Below are positions 27,316 through 40,270 of a DNA stretch of 64,000 nucleotides, one piece after another. The DNA lies in the NCBI GenBank assembly GCA_964234715.1, contig OZ174279.1; one strand, given 5' to 3'. Position 1 is the stretch's first letter. Each line of letters starts with the position of its first letter. Position numbers and translations under genes: made by a program. This DNA is from Podarcis melisellensis. Taxonomy: Eukaryota. The notes under the pieces were generated by a model, which saw only the letters and a list, made by a program, of their open reading frames with translations, ran no database searches and was not told where the DNA came from.

Positions 27316-29104
27316 TTGCAATTTAAAAAGGCCTAGGGCAGTTGATTGCCATTTTGAATGAAATAGACCTGAGGGGTCAAATCCAAGCAAAGGAAGAAAA
27401 AAAAAAGTGGGCTTCAGATTCTTCTCTGAAGGGAACCAATGATGTGATATATACAAGATATAAACCCTGCAATGTTAGAGTCAAGATTTCTGCCACCTCA
27501 GCCCATCACCTCACTGAATGTACAGAAGATCTCTGCTGGGTCAGTTCAAAAGTCCACCTAGACCAACATCCTTTTCCCCACAGTGGTCAGACAGATGTCT
27601 CTGGGAAGCCCACAAGCAACAGGCATTCAGAGGTAGACTTGCCACATAGTGGAATGTGGAGGTCAAGTTCTAAATTTACGGCAACACATCCTAGATTCCT
27701 AAGAAGGAATAGAACTACCCAGGATAGGATTAATATACTGACAAACCAGTTTTTCCACTTTGTTCCACAACATGTCACAAAATAAAACAGCTGTGGGAAG
27801 CAATGGTATTTCAAAAGCAATATATTTTAATATCACCACTTTCAAATATTTCTCCCCAGGCTGCATTTGACAGATGGATGGTCCCTCCAGTTTGAATGTT
27901 ACAGAGGTGTGCCTTGATGACCTACCTAAACTGGGATGCTTTACACAGGTGTGAGTCACCTGATGACTGCAACATTATGTGATGATTTGCATGTGGGGAA
28001 TAGGTCATCGCACATATAGAACACCAAAAGTAAAACACTCATATGGCCTCATACGACTTCAAATCCAATGGTTTTCAATGGATACATTTTGCACATCGAA
28101 CAGCAAGTATCAAATATGCACTAATTTAGTGAATATAAGTCAAGGGGCTGTATTTGCATGTGTGAACTAAGCCCAAGCAAAAATCAAGCAGGTCCTCAGC
28201 TCCCCCCAATGAACTGAACATATTTGACTGGGTCAGAAGCAGGTTAAGGGAGGGAGGAAAACCCTTTTCTTGCCTGCCAGAAAACAGGTTTACAAGTTAA
28301 TTATTCAAAGTGAGTCAACTTTTGTTACTCATACAACCTGGCACATGACCTCTTGAACAGTGGGATGGTTCCCTCTAGGTGTCTTGAGGGAAACATTTTG
28401 TCATGTTAAATGTGACTTCTCCCTTAAGATGCTTCCAAAAGTGATGGAAGGGTTTGGCTCCAGACGAAAACCCAGTGCAGGCAGCGCCAGAGAGGAACAA
28501 ACCTGCCCAAGTTATGCAGCTAAAAAGCACCCTTGTTTGTAAAGTGAGAATATGGAACAGGAATATGACTCTTGGCAGCTGACAGGGCCCATTTTATCAC
28601 TAGTCGAATGCTTTCCAAATCCATTCCGCACAAAAGCCGTAGCCTCTCTCGCCCCCCAAAAGCAGTCGTCTCTCTTAGCTGCTTGGAGATGGAATTTGAA
28701 AAGGCAAGGCTAAGTGTACATACACAGAAATAAGTGCCACTGAGTGCAATAGAACTTAACTCCACCATAAATAGCATAACTCCTGACATAAACCTTATTT
28801 GTGGGCCTTTGAATAATGCAGTGCAAACAGATGCAGTAGAGACAAAAGAAAATTATTGGCAAGGAACAGAACACCTACCCTCTAAGCAGTTGGTTTGTTT
28901 CATTCAAAAGCACCCCATGGCCTTGTCTCACCCCTAAAACCATCTGCTCTCCTCCATGCTTGTCTTGCGTGGCTTCCCCTTAGGTCCGTAACTTTGCCTC
29001 TTCCTGCAAATCCTAAATCAAAACCCACATTTCCCATAAGCCACCATGAAACAAACCTGGTTATCTATAATTAAGATGGGAAGCTGCCTTATACCAAGAG
29101 TCAG

Positions 29105-29397
29105 GAACAGAGCAGGAACAAATCTTGCAGCATCAGTGCAGCAACTCATCCTGGTAGATCTTGCCCTTGTGAGGTAGTTGTGGAGACCTTGCCACAGTTG
29201 TCTAAGTCTCCTCCTCTCCCAAGCCTTTCCCAAGCAATCGGAGACTCTGCCACCATACCCTTTGCTCCACCATCTTCATACCTCTTCTAGTTCTGGGAGA
29301 CCAGCGGGGAGGGGAGGGGGTCACAGCAGGACAGGATGACACTTTGGCTTCTTCACTAGCCTGAATCATCTCTGCCTCTTGTCTCCCCACCTCTAGT
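29105..29397 (-). mobile_element. Probable LTR fragment
   Basis: ORF 29202-29390 shares a peptide motif with the ORF in the TSD-flanked LTR at 49686-50107; termini not visible. Confidence 0.5.
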
Positions 29398-29479
29398 ATG
29401 CTGCATACTCAGTCCAAGCATCTTCTCTCATGGTGGCCCAAGCCCTCAACTGGAGCACTCCTTTTACAGGCTGAGGATA

Positions 29480-30370
29480 TAATGTACGATTCGCATATCA
29501 CGCTAAGCCAAACAATGGCTTCCATGAAGTTGTGGTTTCCTGGAGAGCAGCGTGGTGCTGCTTTGCTCCTCCCTGGTTGCTCTGCTTCTGCACTGTGCTC
29601 AGCTAAACCATGGCTTGACGTAACGTGCGGCCTGAGCTTGGGCTCAGGATTAACCTCTCTCCAAGCTAATCACAAGCTGTAACCCAAGTTTGCCCAGCAG
29701 TGTACAGCTCATGGTTTGTCTTGGAGAGGTGAACCATGATCCTGAGTCTACCACAGCATAGCTGTCAACCGTCCCTTATTTGGCAGGAAAATCCTTTATC
29801 CCAGCGCCGTTTCCCGCTGCTGTCCCTTATTGATGATGTCCCTTAAATTTCCCGGGTTTCAAAGGAAGCAGCTCCTCTCCCCCCCGCCTGCTGGCCAGGG
29901 AGGAGGGAGGCTCCAACTGTGTTGCTTGGCTGCGTTGCTCACCCAATAAGGAGTCTAAGAACGATTGGGGGGTGGAGCTTGCATGCCTTGTTCCGATCAA
30001 ATCGGCTGCATTGCCTGGGGACTCGCCTTTGCTCAGCACTTCCCAGCGGAGAGGTGATGGTGATTTTCCTTGCTGCATCCCTTTTGCCAGGCTGCTGCGC
30101 TGTGGGAACCACCACTTGAGGCTTTGTTTGGCTGCTTTCTACCTTTGGCTCGGAGGGGCTCAGAAGTTGAACATACCTGTGTTCGGAAAATCCCTTATTT
30201 TGGCTGCTGATCCCTTATTTTCAAATCTGTAAGTTGACAGCTACGTACCACAGCTGAGCTCGGCACAAGATCAGGAAGGAGAAAAGTGATTGTGGTCTCC
30301 TATCTGGGAGCCTGCATGCTTCCACATTCATACTAAATTATAGTGTGGCTGAACATGATGTATATACCAG
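29480..30370. mobile_element. Old palindromic MITE (PIF/Harbinger-like) split by hAT insertion
   Basis: Repeated aaccatg/catggttt motifs and internal inverted segments; ends uncertain. Confidence 0.35.
29757..30245. mobile_element. hAT non-autonomous element (TIR CATAGCTGTCAAC)
   Basis: TIRs catagctgtcaac/gttgacagctacg; perfect TSD taccacag; subterminal tcccttatt repeats. Confidence 0.9.
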
Positions 30371-31199
30371 GTCTGTATGTATGCATAGCTGGGGAGAGGG
30401 GGCTGCTTTATGCTCCAGCTCACTGCTTGGAATCATCACAACACAATACACCTACAAGAGGAAGAGATAGTGTAAGATCAGAGACGCCACATGGTCAGCC
30501 GCTGCACTCAAACAGCTCCCCCCTGAGCAGTCTCCGAGCAGGAATCCATCCTTGCGTTCTCCGAGAAAATGAACGAAAATCCATCCCGTAGCAAAAGAGG
30601 AGCTGGGAGTATGGGAGCGATTACCCAAGTCCCAAAGATTATTATATATAGGAAAAACAAGGCCCTCCAGAGCTTGGTTTCCTAGACAATAATTTGCACT
30701 TAAGGCAAAATATGTTAAGAGCAGGGAGAAACACAGAGTTCAAGGCCAGTGCAATTGGGAGGCCTCTGGGAGATCCTATGCTGCAGTCTGTCATTTAAGT
30801 GGTAATGATGCATAGCAGCTGCTTGATGAAACACCACTCAGGATATTTCAACTGGCACTCCATTCAGCTTCCACCGAGAAAGCTAAAGTCTGTCATGTTG
30901 CGGCATTTGCTAGCTCGGAACTCAGAATGTGTGAGAGGGAGATAATGTGAAAGAATGAACTATGGAGGGGAAAAATCAGGTTGCCAGCCCTTTGAATGGC
31001 CTTACGGGAGTGACACTATCAAGTGGTGCGTGGCCAGTCATTGGAAAGCTTCTGCAAGATGCATGGCAGAGGACGTCAACATCAGATGGACAACCAAAAA
31101 CATAGCAGAAAGAACTGGGATCAGAAGAAAAACATGGCTGGATCATAGTAAGATTTTCTATTGTTCTCCGGGTATCCCTGCTGTCAGAGATCAACAATA

Positions 31200-31425
31200 C
31201 AGTGGTACCTTGGGTTAAGAACTTAATTCGTTCTGGAGGTCCGTTCTTAACCTGAAACTGTTCTTAACGTGAGGTACCACTTTAGCTAATGGGGCCTCCC
31301 GCTGCCACTGCGCCGCCGTGGCGCTTTTTCTGTTCTCATCCTGAAGCAAAGTTCTTAACCCAAGGTACTATTTCTGGGTTAGTGGAGCCTGTAACGTGAA
31401 GCGTCCGTAACCTAAGGTACCACTG
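31200..31425. mobile_element. Tigger-like MITE
   Basis: cagtggtacct...aggtaccactg; copies at 33586 and 55329. Confidence 0.9.
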
Positions 31426-31587
31426 TCTGTAACCTGAGGTATCACGCTTCTAGTCCCTTATGTTTTGAAGTATGGCTTTTGGATAATAGTGATTTCTCCT
31501 ATTAAAGATGAAGCAATGAGATGAATATAGAGTTCATATGATTTAAGCATTAGCATACCTGGCATGAAGTAATGCATGCTTCTCAGG

Positions 31588-31771
31588 AGTGGCGCCCGCC
31601 CTGTGGAATGCCCTCCCATCAGATGTCGAGGAAATAAACAACTATCTGACTTTTAGAAGACATCTGAAGGCAGCCTTGTATAGCGAAGTTTTTAATATTT
31701 GATTTTTTTTTTTTTAATATTCCGTTGGGAGCCGCCCAGAGTGGCTGGGGCAACCCAGCCACATGGGTGGC

Positions 31772-31829
<58 letters not shown>
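31588..31829 (+). mobile_element. L2 LINE 3' end with (AAT)n tail
   Basis: Homologous to the other L2 copies. Confidence 0.85.
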
Positions 31830-32680
31830 TCATCTTTTAGGCTGAAGATGTTGCACCCTTTTAACTCTTATTTTTATTACTTGCTCCTTCAGAAGAAACT
31901 GAACTGTGATCCTTCTCCATTAATCCACAACCAACATTGGGCAGGGTTGTTCCTATGCAGGTCAATTAAATATGTGGATAGTATGATAGGTAGGACCTGA
32001 ACATTGCTCTTTGTGTCTCAGGATAGCTCGCCAGATTGTATGGCGGGAGCAGGGCTAGAGAGGATCCGATAGATGGGGCAGGGGAAGCGATTTTGTCTGC
32101 AATATTATTCATTCTGAATTACAAACTCCCTTGTAATGCACGTTTTCCTCCTGCTTGCTTAATAGGGGAACAGGGAATACAAGTTCAATTGATTTCTGTT
32201 TGATTTCTGCACAATGTAGGAAGCTTCGTTTGAACACTGTAAGGGAAAGCTGGCGAGGGGCGTCTGTGAAACTAGCTATTCCCCCTTGCTTTTTCCATAT
32301 CTCAGGCTCCTCAATCTCTTACCTTATTTCTTTCAAGCACACCATTCCAAATTTCCTGAGACTCATTAGCTTCTCTTGCCCTGTGTGATGGAAGGAAAAA
32401 AAGCATCTGGAAGGGTTTGTAGTGCTGCCGGAGCAGAACAGAAAGGGAAAGAGAGAAAAAGTAATTTTGGTTTTACTTTAAACAGCGGGGGCATCTCTTC
32501 AATAAAGTTAATAGCCCCAAACTAGACCAGCTGCAACAAGAAACCTGTTTTTGGGACCCACCATTCTTGCACAACTACAGATGGAATCAAATGTATCTGG
32601 ATGCTTTAAATCAGGAGCAGCTAACCATTTGTTTGACCCAAGAGTCACATTCAAAGCTGGCCAATCTTGTGAGGGCTGCA

Positions 32681-32918
32681 AGGTAAAGGTAAAGGACCCC
32701 TGGACAAGTTAAGTCCAGTCAAAGGCGACTATGGGGTTGCGACGCTCATCTTGCTTTCAGGCCGAGGGAGCCAGCGTTTGTCCACAGACGGCTTTCCGGG
32801 TCATGTGGCCAGCAGGACTAAACCGCTTCTGGTGCAACAGAACACCGTGATGGAAACCAGAGCACATGGGAATGCAGTTGACCTTCCCGCCACAGCAGTA
32901 TCTATTTATCTACTTGCA
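32681..32918 (-). mobile_element. 5'-truncated Sauria SINE (second subfamily)
   Basis: (ACCTTT)n tail; 15-bp TSD cttgtgagggctgca at 32666-32680 and 32919-32933. Confidence 0.9.
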
Positions 32919-33437
32919 CTTGTGAGGGCTGCATGCCAGCACTGGCCATGTAAGAACTGGTGCCGAACATTCCTGGTTGTGCACCACACATGCAGTACAC
33001 ACAAACAGTACACACACTTACTTACTATATGTACTGGCCACACACACACACACACACATATGCAGAAACACAACACCCACTCTGACACACACACACACAC
33101 ACAGGCACTCAGAGTGCACACAACCTCCCGATCTCTTTTTCTTCCTCACTCAAATGCACATCATTCTCCCACCCTCCACACACATATCCATGCACACTAT
33201 GCACAGACTCTCTTCCCCCTTCCAGCCCTCTCTATCATGCAGAGGTGGATTTAGGGCAGAGCAACCAATCTGGGCACAGAGCCTCAGGGACGCCACGGGG
33301 GATGTCACAACAAAGATGTAGAATAGAAGACAAGAGGCAGGGTTGCCAATTTTGACGTCTCACAGGGTGCCACTGAAATTTGAGACTCCAAGGTCCCCCG
33401 CTGCTGTCATCTGCCACAAAAAGGCCATCCTCATTCC

Positions 33438-33996
33438 AATAATAATAATAATAATAATAATGATTTATTTATACCCCGCCCACTCTGGGCTGCTTCCAAC
33501 AAAATATTAAAATACAATAGTCTGTTAAACATTTAAAAGCTTCCCTAAACAGGGCTACCTTCAGATGTCTTCTAAAAGTCTGGTACAGTGGTACCTCGGG
33601 TTAAGAACTTTATTCGTTCTGGAGGTCCATTCTTAACCTGAAACTGTTCTTAACCTGAGGTACCACTTTAGCTAATGGGGCCTCCTGCCACCGCACGATT
33701 TCTGTTCTTATCCTGAAGCAAAGTTCTTAACCCGAGGTACTATTTCTGGGTTAGCGGAGTCTGTAACCTGAAGCGTCTGTAACCTGAAGCATCTGTAACC
33801 CAAGGTACCACTGTAGTTGTTTTTCTCTTAGACACCTGATGGAAGGGTGTTCTACAGGGTGGGTGCCACTACCAAGAAGGCCCTCTGCCTGGTTCCCTGT
33901 AACTTGGCTTCTCACAGTGAGGGAACCACCAGAAGGCCCTCAACACTGGACCTCAGTGTCCAGGCGGAACAATGGGGCTGGAGACGCTCCTTCAGG
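33438..33996 (-). mobile_element. L2 LINE 3' fragment interrupted by MITE
   Basis: L2 sequence aaaagtctggTA|gttg resumes after the insertion. Confidence 0.9.
33586..33813. mobile_element. Tigger-like MITE in L2
   Basis: TIRs and TA duplication. Confidence 0.92.
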
Positions 33997-34104
33997 AGAC
34001 CCCCCCATCACTGTTCTGCATTCCACAGTGAGTTTAAAACCTCTCCTCTAAGCACAGTGCTGTGATGGGGAGGTAGGTGGACTGGGGTGTGGCAAATCTA
34101 GATA

Positions 34105-34418
34105 TAAAAAGGGTAGTATAAACACTGGCAACTGGGAATCACTGGCATGCGAGCGCTCCCATTGGAGAACAGCCTCTACCAAAGGTGTCATGTCCTCTGA
34201 AGAAGCATGAACTCAGGATGAAAGGGAGAAATGAGCTAAGAGGAAGGCACGCTTGGCAAATCCTCACCGTGATCAACTCTCACCCAGAAACCTATGTCCC
34301 CACTGTGGAAGGACGTGTGGATCCAGCATTCGCCTCAGCAGTCACAGACTCACTGTTAAGACCATATTCATGGAAGACAATCTTACTCTGCCCTGAGTGA
34401 TCGCCAAAAAAGAAGAAG
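34105..34418 (+). mobile_element. RTE-clade LINE 3' end
   Basis: Homologous to 11496-11812; aagaagaag tail. Confidence 0.8.
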
Positions 34419-35690
34419 TGTGACTTTGTACAGCTTGGCAGCTTTGAATAAATCCATGGGTTTGCCACCCCCATTTTAAATAATCTGGTCTCTGGGACAT
34501 GTATGGGGGTGAGGATAGGTGAAAATGTCTATTTCCCATGTTGTGTCATTTTTAGTTGGGTTCACCTTTAATTCAGTAATCTGCCTTAAGACCCACACAC
34601 CAAAATTAACCATTAAATTTAAAATATTTAAATATTTAAAATATTTGAAATATTTTAAAGCATATGTGTTCCTCAACACATCTTCTCTTGATAAGTGCAT
34701 TTCTAACTCATTCCCCCACCCCCCTGAAAAAGTGGGTTCTAAACTTCTTTTGATACTTGTTTGAGCCAAAGCAGTATTCCATTCAGGCAGCATGAAAGCT
34801 GCTTGATAACGCTGTTCCTAACAAGCAGGGACAATCCTTGTGATTGACATTTTATTACACTTACCATTAGTATAAGAGTAAAATGGGAAAAGCTGGATTA
34901 TCTGCTTATTGACAACAGTTTAGAAGAGTTTGAAACAGTCTTTATATCAATTAACTCATATTGTCAGGTTTCAAGAACAAAGGCAACTAACTACTTTTAA
35001 AGATAAATGTAGAAACCTAGTTGTTTTAATGGAAAGTTTTCACCTAAAATATCTTGTCATATATTTGATTTTTTGAAGTAAAATATAAAAAATATATACA
35101 GTACAATAAATGTAATAAAGTGATCATACATATGCTAATTCCTAACAACTAAGAGTTCCATTCCACAAATTTCTTTTATCTCAATGTAAAATTCCTAAAG
35201 TAAGCTGTCTCTTTTTATACATTTTGGTCCTTTTTGAGCTGAGAACTGTATTACAAAATTCAAAGAAGTGCAAAATTTGATGGATTATTACATTCCAAGC
35301 ATGTATTAATCCAGGAGGCATGAACTATGTTAGCTCACATAATTAAAAAAAACCCTGTCCAAATGAAATTCTTCTACATCTCTATTCTCAGCACAGACAG
35401 ATATCCTTCTAAATTCACTGCCAGGACAGAGAGGTGTCATCTCCCTTGGTTTTTAGAAAACCTGGTGAACAAACTGGTTGTGAAAGTCTTTTCATCAGCA
35501 GTGAGAAGCAGCATGTTAACGCTTTTCCTTTAAACCAGAGTGTTTAATTTTTTAAAATATTTGTATAATATTAACTCTTATAGAAAACATCTAAGCAATG
35601 TACAGCAAAACATCAAAAAGAAAAAGGAGGAAACTTCATAAGGAACTGGCTATTTGCTATTGTCTCATCCTCCTACATCCCTCCATAGTA

Positions 35691-36035
35691 AGGTAAAAGG
35701 TAAAGGGACCGCTGACCATTAAGTCCACTCGTGGGCGACTCTGGGGTTGCGGCGCTCATCTCGCTTTATTGGCCGAGGGAGCCGGCGTAAAGCTTCCGGG
35801 TCATGTGGCCAGCATGACTAAGCCACTTCTGGCGAAGCAGAGCAGCGCACGAAAACGCCGTTTACCTTCCCACCTATTTAACTGCTTGTACTTTGAAGTA
35901 CTTTCGAACTGCTAGGTGGACAGGAGCAGGGACCGAGCAACAGGAACTCACCCCGCCGCAGGGATTCAAACCGCTGACCTTCTGATCAGCAAGTCCTAGG
36001 CTCTGTGGTTTAACCCACAGAGCCACCCACGTCCC
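35691..36035 (-). mobile_element. Full-length Sauria SINE (Squam1)
   Basis: tRNA-like head (reverse complement gggacgtgggtggctctgtgggttaaacc), ACCTTT tail, flanking catagta repeat. Confidence 0.92.
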
Positions 36036-38004
36036 ATATTCATAGTACTTCAAATTAAAGGAACAGCAGTTTTCCTTTCTTTCTGTCGTGTCATCATTTC
36101 CCCCCAGACTTAGAAATATGGCGGCAGCGATGCCTTGTACCCCGATTGTTGCAGATACAGCATTAAAACTATTTTATAAAGCTGCTATCACATTGCTGCC
36201 CACCACAAAATAAGAACCCCAGCCCCACTGAACTAGTGAACTGGTTTGGGCCCCACTGCCCAGAGAGAACCCAACCTCACCTTGCTCTCCACCAGTAAAC
36301 TGGGGTGCTGAGCTGCAGACACAGCTGCGGCAAGGTCATCCTAGTTCCTCCCAGCAGGGCTTTTCTAATGTCATAAGCCATCAAAACAAGGCATAAGGTT
36401 GAAAGGCACTGTACTTTTGAAGGTAACAGCAGATCTTAACACTGAGGAGCCAAAGACATAATAACCATTGATAAAATAATCCGCAATACAGCACTGTGGT
36501 TTCTTCCTCCTCCTCTGGAGGGCCTCCATTGCCAACATTCAGCGACAGAAAGATTGGTTTGCCCCTTTCTGATTTTCCCCACAAGGATATCTGTGAACTT
36601 AGCAACCTTTCATAATGCAGCAGTGATATTATCCCGATGAATCTTCAGCTCTGGGATCCCGTCCCACGCTGTGCATTCCAGATGGCCAAAATGAAAGCAC
36701 TGTAGGGATGTTCAGATAACCTTGGGGGCTCTTTGAGAAAATATAATTGAGCCATTTAGGAGATGCTGCTATATGCTCATCACAGAGTATATTTCCAGAT
36801 ATATTTTTTCCCCTGCCACGTGTATACATATACAGGGCAGGAATGGCTTCTTTCGCATTTAGTTAGTTAGTTAGTTAGTTAGTTCCATATCCATTCAGTT
36901 TCAAGTTCTCCCGTCAATCCCAGGGTGGGCTACAGCCCAGAAACCTAAAGCTATGCATTGAAACCCAAATAAAGGCAATTCACTTTTTATGCACACCAAA
37001 TGTAAAATCTAACTTTGCACCATAACTCTTTTTTGTCCAAATTGTCTATCTGCCTGTTTTATCTTCTGCAGGTCCTCTCTAGGCCAGAACTGTGTTGACA
37101 AAGTGATGTGAGCAGAAGGTTAGAGGCAACTAATGCTGATCGCTAAGAAACTGCAAAAAAATAGCCATCAATTAAATATAACCTCATCAGAAACATCTGC
37201 AGCTGTCATTAGGAATCTGCTTTGCATCAGCAATTTCCCAGAAATCATGTTTGCAGCTGAACTCTAGAATCATCTGAAATTTCCCCTCCTCCTCAGGACA
37301 AACTCCCAAATGGGGAGATTGCCAGGTGTAGGCCCCATTTTTGATGTGTCCCAATTCCACCACATGCTGGCTGTTGTTTTCTGGCAAAGTACACTCCCAG
37401 GACTTGGAATAAACCTGAAGTTCTGATACCCTGTCCCCTTCTAAGATCTTTGCAGTCAGTCAGAATGACAGGATACTTGGAACAAAAATGCATGGCTTGC
37501 AGCTGAGTAGCATCAAAACAGACTCTAGGATCGATTTCAGCCTTTTTATTTCACACCTTGCCATCTCAGTAGACCTCCCCCCTCCACACAAATTCACAGT
37601 AAGGATGTCCATTGGAATTCTAAATGACTGTGGCTCATAACCAAAGCAGCAGCGAACAATCATCAGGTGGAAAGTTGTCAGTGTCTTCAAGAGCAGCACC
37701 AGTCAATTAACCTTAACATGGACAGAACAGAGGTTCACCTCTCAAAGCACCAAGTGTTGCTTTTAATCATCTCAGTATAAACTCTGTCATACTGGTAGAA
37801 ATTTAAATTACCATGGAGAACTAACAATGTTAGGTTTTGTATTTTTATTATTATGACAGAAGCCCTGCAGACCTTACATGCACACCTTGAGTACTTCCCT
37901 GTCTAAAAATAAGTCCCATTGATTTCAGTATGTGTGCTTGGTGCCTCATCTTAAATCCAACTCTTCTGATTTAGCTTAATAATAATAAGAGGAAGAATTT
38001 TATC

Positions 38005-38061
38005 ATTTATACCCCGCCCACCTGGCTGGGTTTCCCCAGCTACTCTGGGCGACTTCCAGCA

Positions 38062-38097
<36 letters not shown>

Positions 38098-38315
38098 CTG
38101 TGTGTGTATAAAATGTCAAACATAAAAAACTTCCCAATACAGGGCCATAGCTGTCAACTTTTCCCTTTTCTTGCGAGGAAACCTATTCGGAATAAGGAAA
38201 TTTCCCCTAAAAAGGGGGAAACGTTGGCAGCTATGTACAGGGCTGCTTTCAGATGTCTTCTAAAAGTTGTGTAGGTCTTAATCTCCTTGACATCTGATGG
38301 GAGGGTTGCCCACAG
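38005..38315 (-). mobile_element. L2 3' end containing (TG)n and a 90-bp hAT MITE
   Basis: L2 homology on both sides of the inserts. Confidence 0.8.
38146..38235. mobile_element. 90-bp hAT MITE
   Basis: TIR catagctgtcaac/gttggcagctatg; perfect TSD tacagggc. Confidence 0.92.
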
Positions 38316-38340
38316 CTTATTTAATGATCCAGGCTGTGGG

Positions 38341-38828
38341 TTGTTGTTGTTTAGTCGTGTCCAATTCTTCGTGACCCCATGGACCAGAGCACGCCAGGCC
38401 CTCCTGTTTTCCACTGCCTCCCGCAGTTTGGTCAAACTCATGCTGGTAGCTTCAAGAACACTATCCAACCATCTCGTCCTCTGTCGTCCCCTTCTCCTTG
38501 TGCCCTCCATCTTTCCCAACATCAGGGTCTTTTCCAGGGAGTCTTCTCTTCTTATGAGGTGGCCAAAGTATTGGAGCCTCAGCTTCAGGATCTGTCCTTC
38601 CAGTGAGCACTCAGGGCTGATTTCCTTCAGAATGGATAGGTTTTATCTTCTTGCAGTCCACAGGACTCTCAAGAGTCTCCTTCAGCACCATAATTCAAAA
38701 GCATCAATTCTTTGGCGGTCAGCCTTCTTGATGGTCCAGCTCTCACTTCCATACATCACTACTGGGAAAACCATAGCTTTAACTATACGGACCTTTGTCG
38801 GCAAGGTGAGGTCTCTATTTTTTAAGGT
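38341..38828 (-). mobile_element. BovB (RTE) LINE 3' fragment
   Basis: MLGKMEGTRRRGRQRTRWLDSV...WRALVHGVTK; (CAA)n tail; TSD gctgtggg. Confidence 0.95.
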
Positions 38829-38891
38829 GCTGTGGGTATGAAGTCTGTAATGAGCAATAAGCTAATGGCAAGGTTCCCTCCCTCCTAAAAG

Positions 38892-38981
38892 CATAGCTGT
38901 CAACTTTTCCCTTTTCTTGTGAGGAATCCTATTCGGAATAAGGGAATTTCCCTTAAAAAAAGGGAAACGTTGACAGCTATG
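38892..38981. mobile_element. 90-bp hAT MITE
   Basis: Perfect TIRs catagctgtcaac; perfect TSD cctaaaag. Confidence 0.92.
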
Positions 38982-39970
38982 CCTAAAAGTTGCTTTCTTT
39001 GGAAGGAGGAGAATTTCACTGGAAAACACATAATTAGCCCTGCCCATGTGATGCCTTCACATATGGGGTGGGATTGCATGAAGTGTCTCACAAGCCATTT
39101 GGGGTAAGTGTAAGCCTTAGTTATACCAGAGTCATGAAGAAATGAATTCACAGTTGGCTGCTACCCCTATATGAATATACCCCTATATGAATATATTCAT
39201 TGTTAAACAAATGGCATATTGTGCTCTATAGTGGTAGATGTAATTGTGCACTAGGATATGAAAGACTGGAGATGTGTAAAAATAGCATGTCTTGTTTTCA
39301 GACTTGAACCTCCCCTCCTTATATCCAAAGGTTAATTGGCTAGTGCCAAAGTTAAAAAAAACCCAAGTGGCAACTTTCTATGGAATCATTATTTCCTGAT
39401 GATATTTTAAGATGCGTATTTCTACTATGCTCTCTTATTTTAAAGTGCTGTGTGTACTGGCGGGGGGGGGGGAGTAATTTTCACAATGGTTTCTACCATT
39501 AATTAGCCAACTGTAGATGCAATTAAAAATGGAAAGGTAATAAAACCTGATAATGACAATGCTTAAAATAAATTGCCATTATTGTTGTTGTTGTTGTTGT
39601 TGTTATTGTTGTTGTTGTAAACTGTCTGTCCAGGGATCACATGGAAGCATACAAAATGAAATGTGCAATATGAATTTAAAAATTCTGAAGACACTAATAA
39701 AATTGCAAGTGTGTTATATTCCATTAAACTCATCCACGATGGCCAATCTCAGAAACAAAACAAAAAACAAATACACCCCAGTGTCTCAAATTTCTCCAGA
39801 GCCTGAATAAATAAACACCTTTTAAGACACTGGAAATGCAAATCACATCTCCAGTAGGAAAGTATTCTACAGTCAGGTGCCACGGTGAGAAAGTCCTGTC
39901 CTTTGTCACCGCCAACCAGGCAATGCCAAGTGGTGGCACCATTAGCAAAGCTTCCCCTGACACTCTGAGG

Positions 39971-40196
39971 CATGGGTAGGCAAACTAAGACCCGGGGGCC
40001 AGATCCGGCCCAATCGCCTTCTAAATCCGACCTGTGGACCGTCCAGGAATCCAGTTTTATTTAAAATGCATCTCTGGGTTATTTGTGGGACATAGGAATT
40101 CGTTCATTATTTTTTTCTTCAAAATATAGTCTGGCCCCCAACAAGGTCTGAGGGACAGTGGACCGGCCCCCTGCTGAAAAGGTTTGCTGACCCCTG
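39971..40196. mobile_element. hAT (Charlie-like) MITE
   Basis: Perfect TSD ctctgagg; same family as 4335-4655. Confidence 0.9.
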
Positions 40197-40270
40197 CTCT
40201 GAGGACTCAGAGTGGAGTTTAATGAGCAAAGTACTCTAGGGTTCTAAGCCATTTAAGGCTTTATTGAGCG

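Noticed and set aside
32751-33321. His/Thr-rich ORFs
   Set aside because: SINE sequence plus degenerate (CA)n low-complexity DNA.
37072-37107. Possible 36-nt micro-exon (polypyrimidine-CAG ... GTGAG)
   Set aside because: Weak donor, no recognisable peptide and no partner exons.
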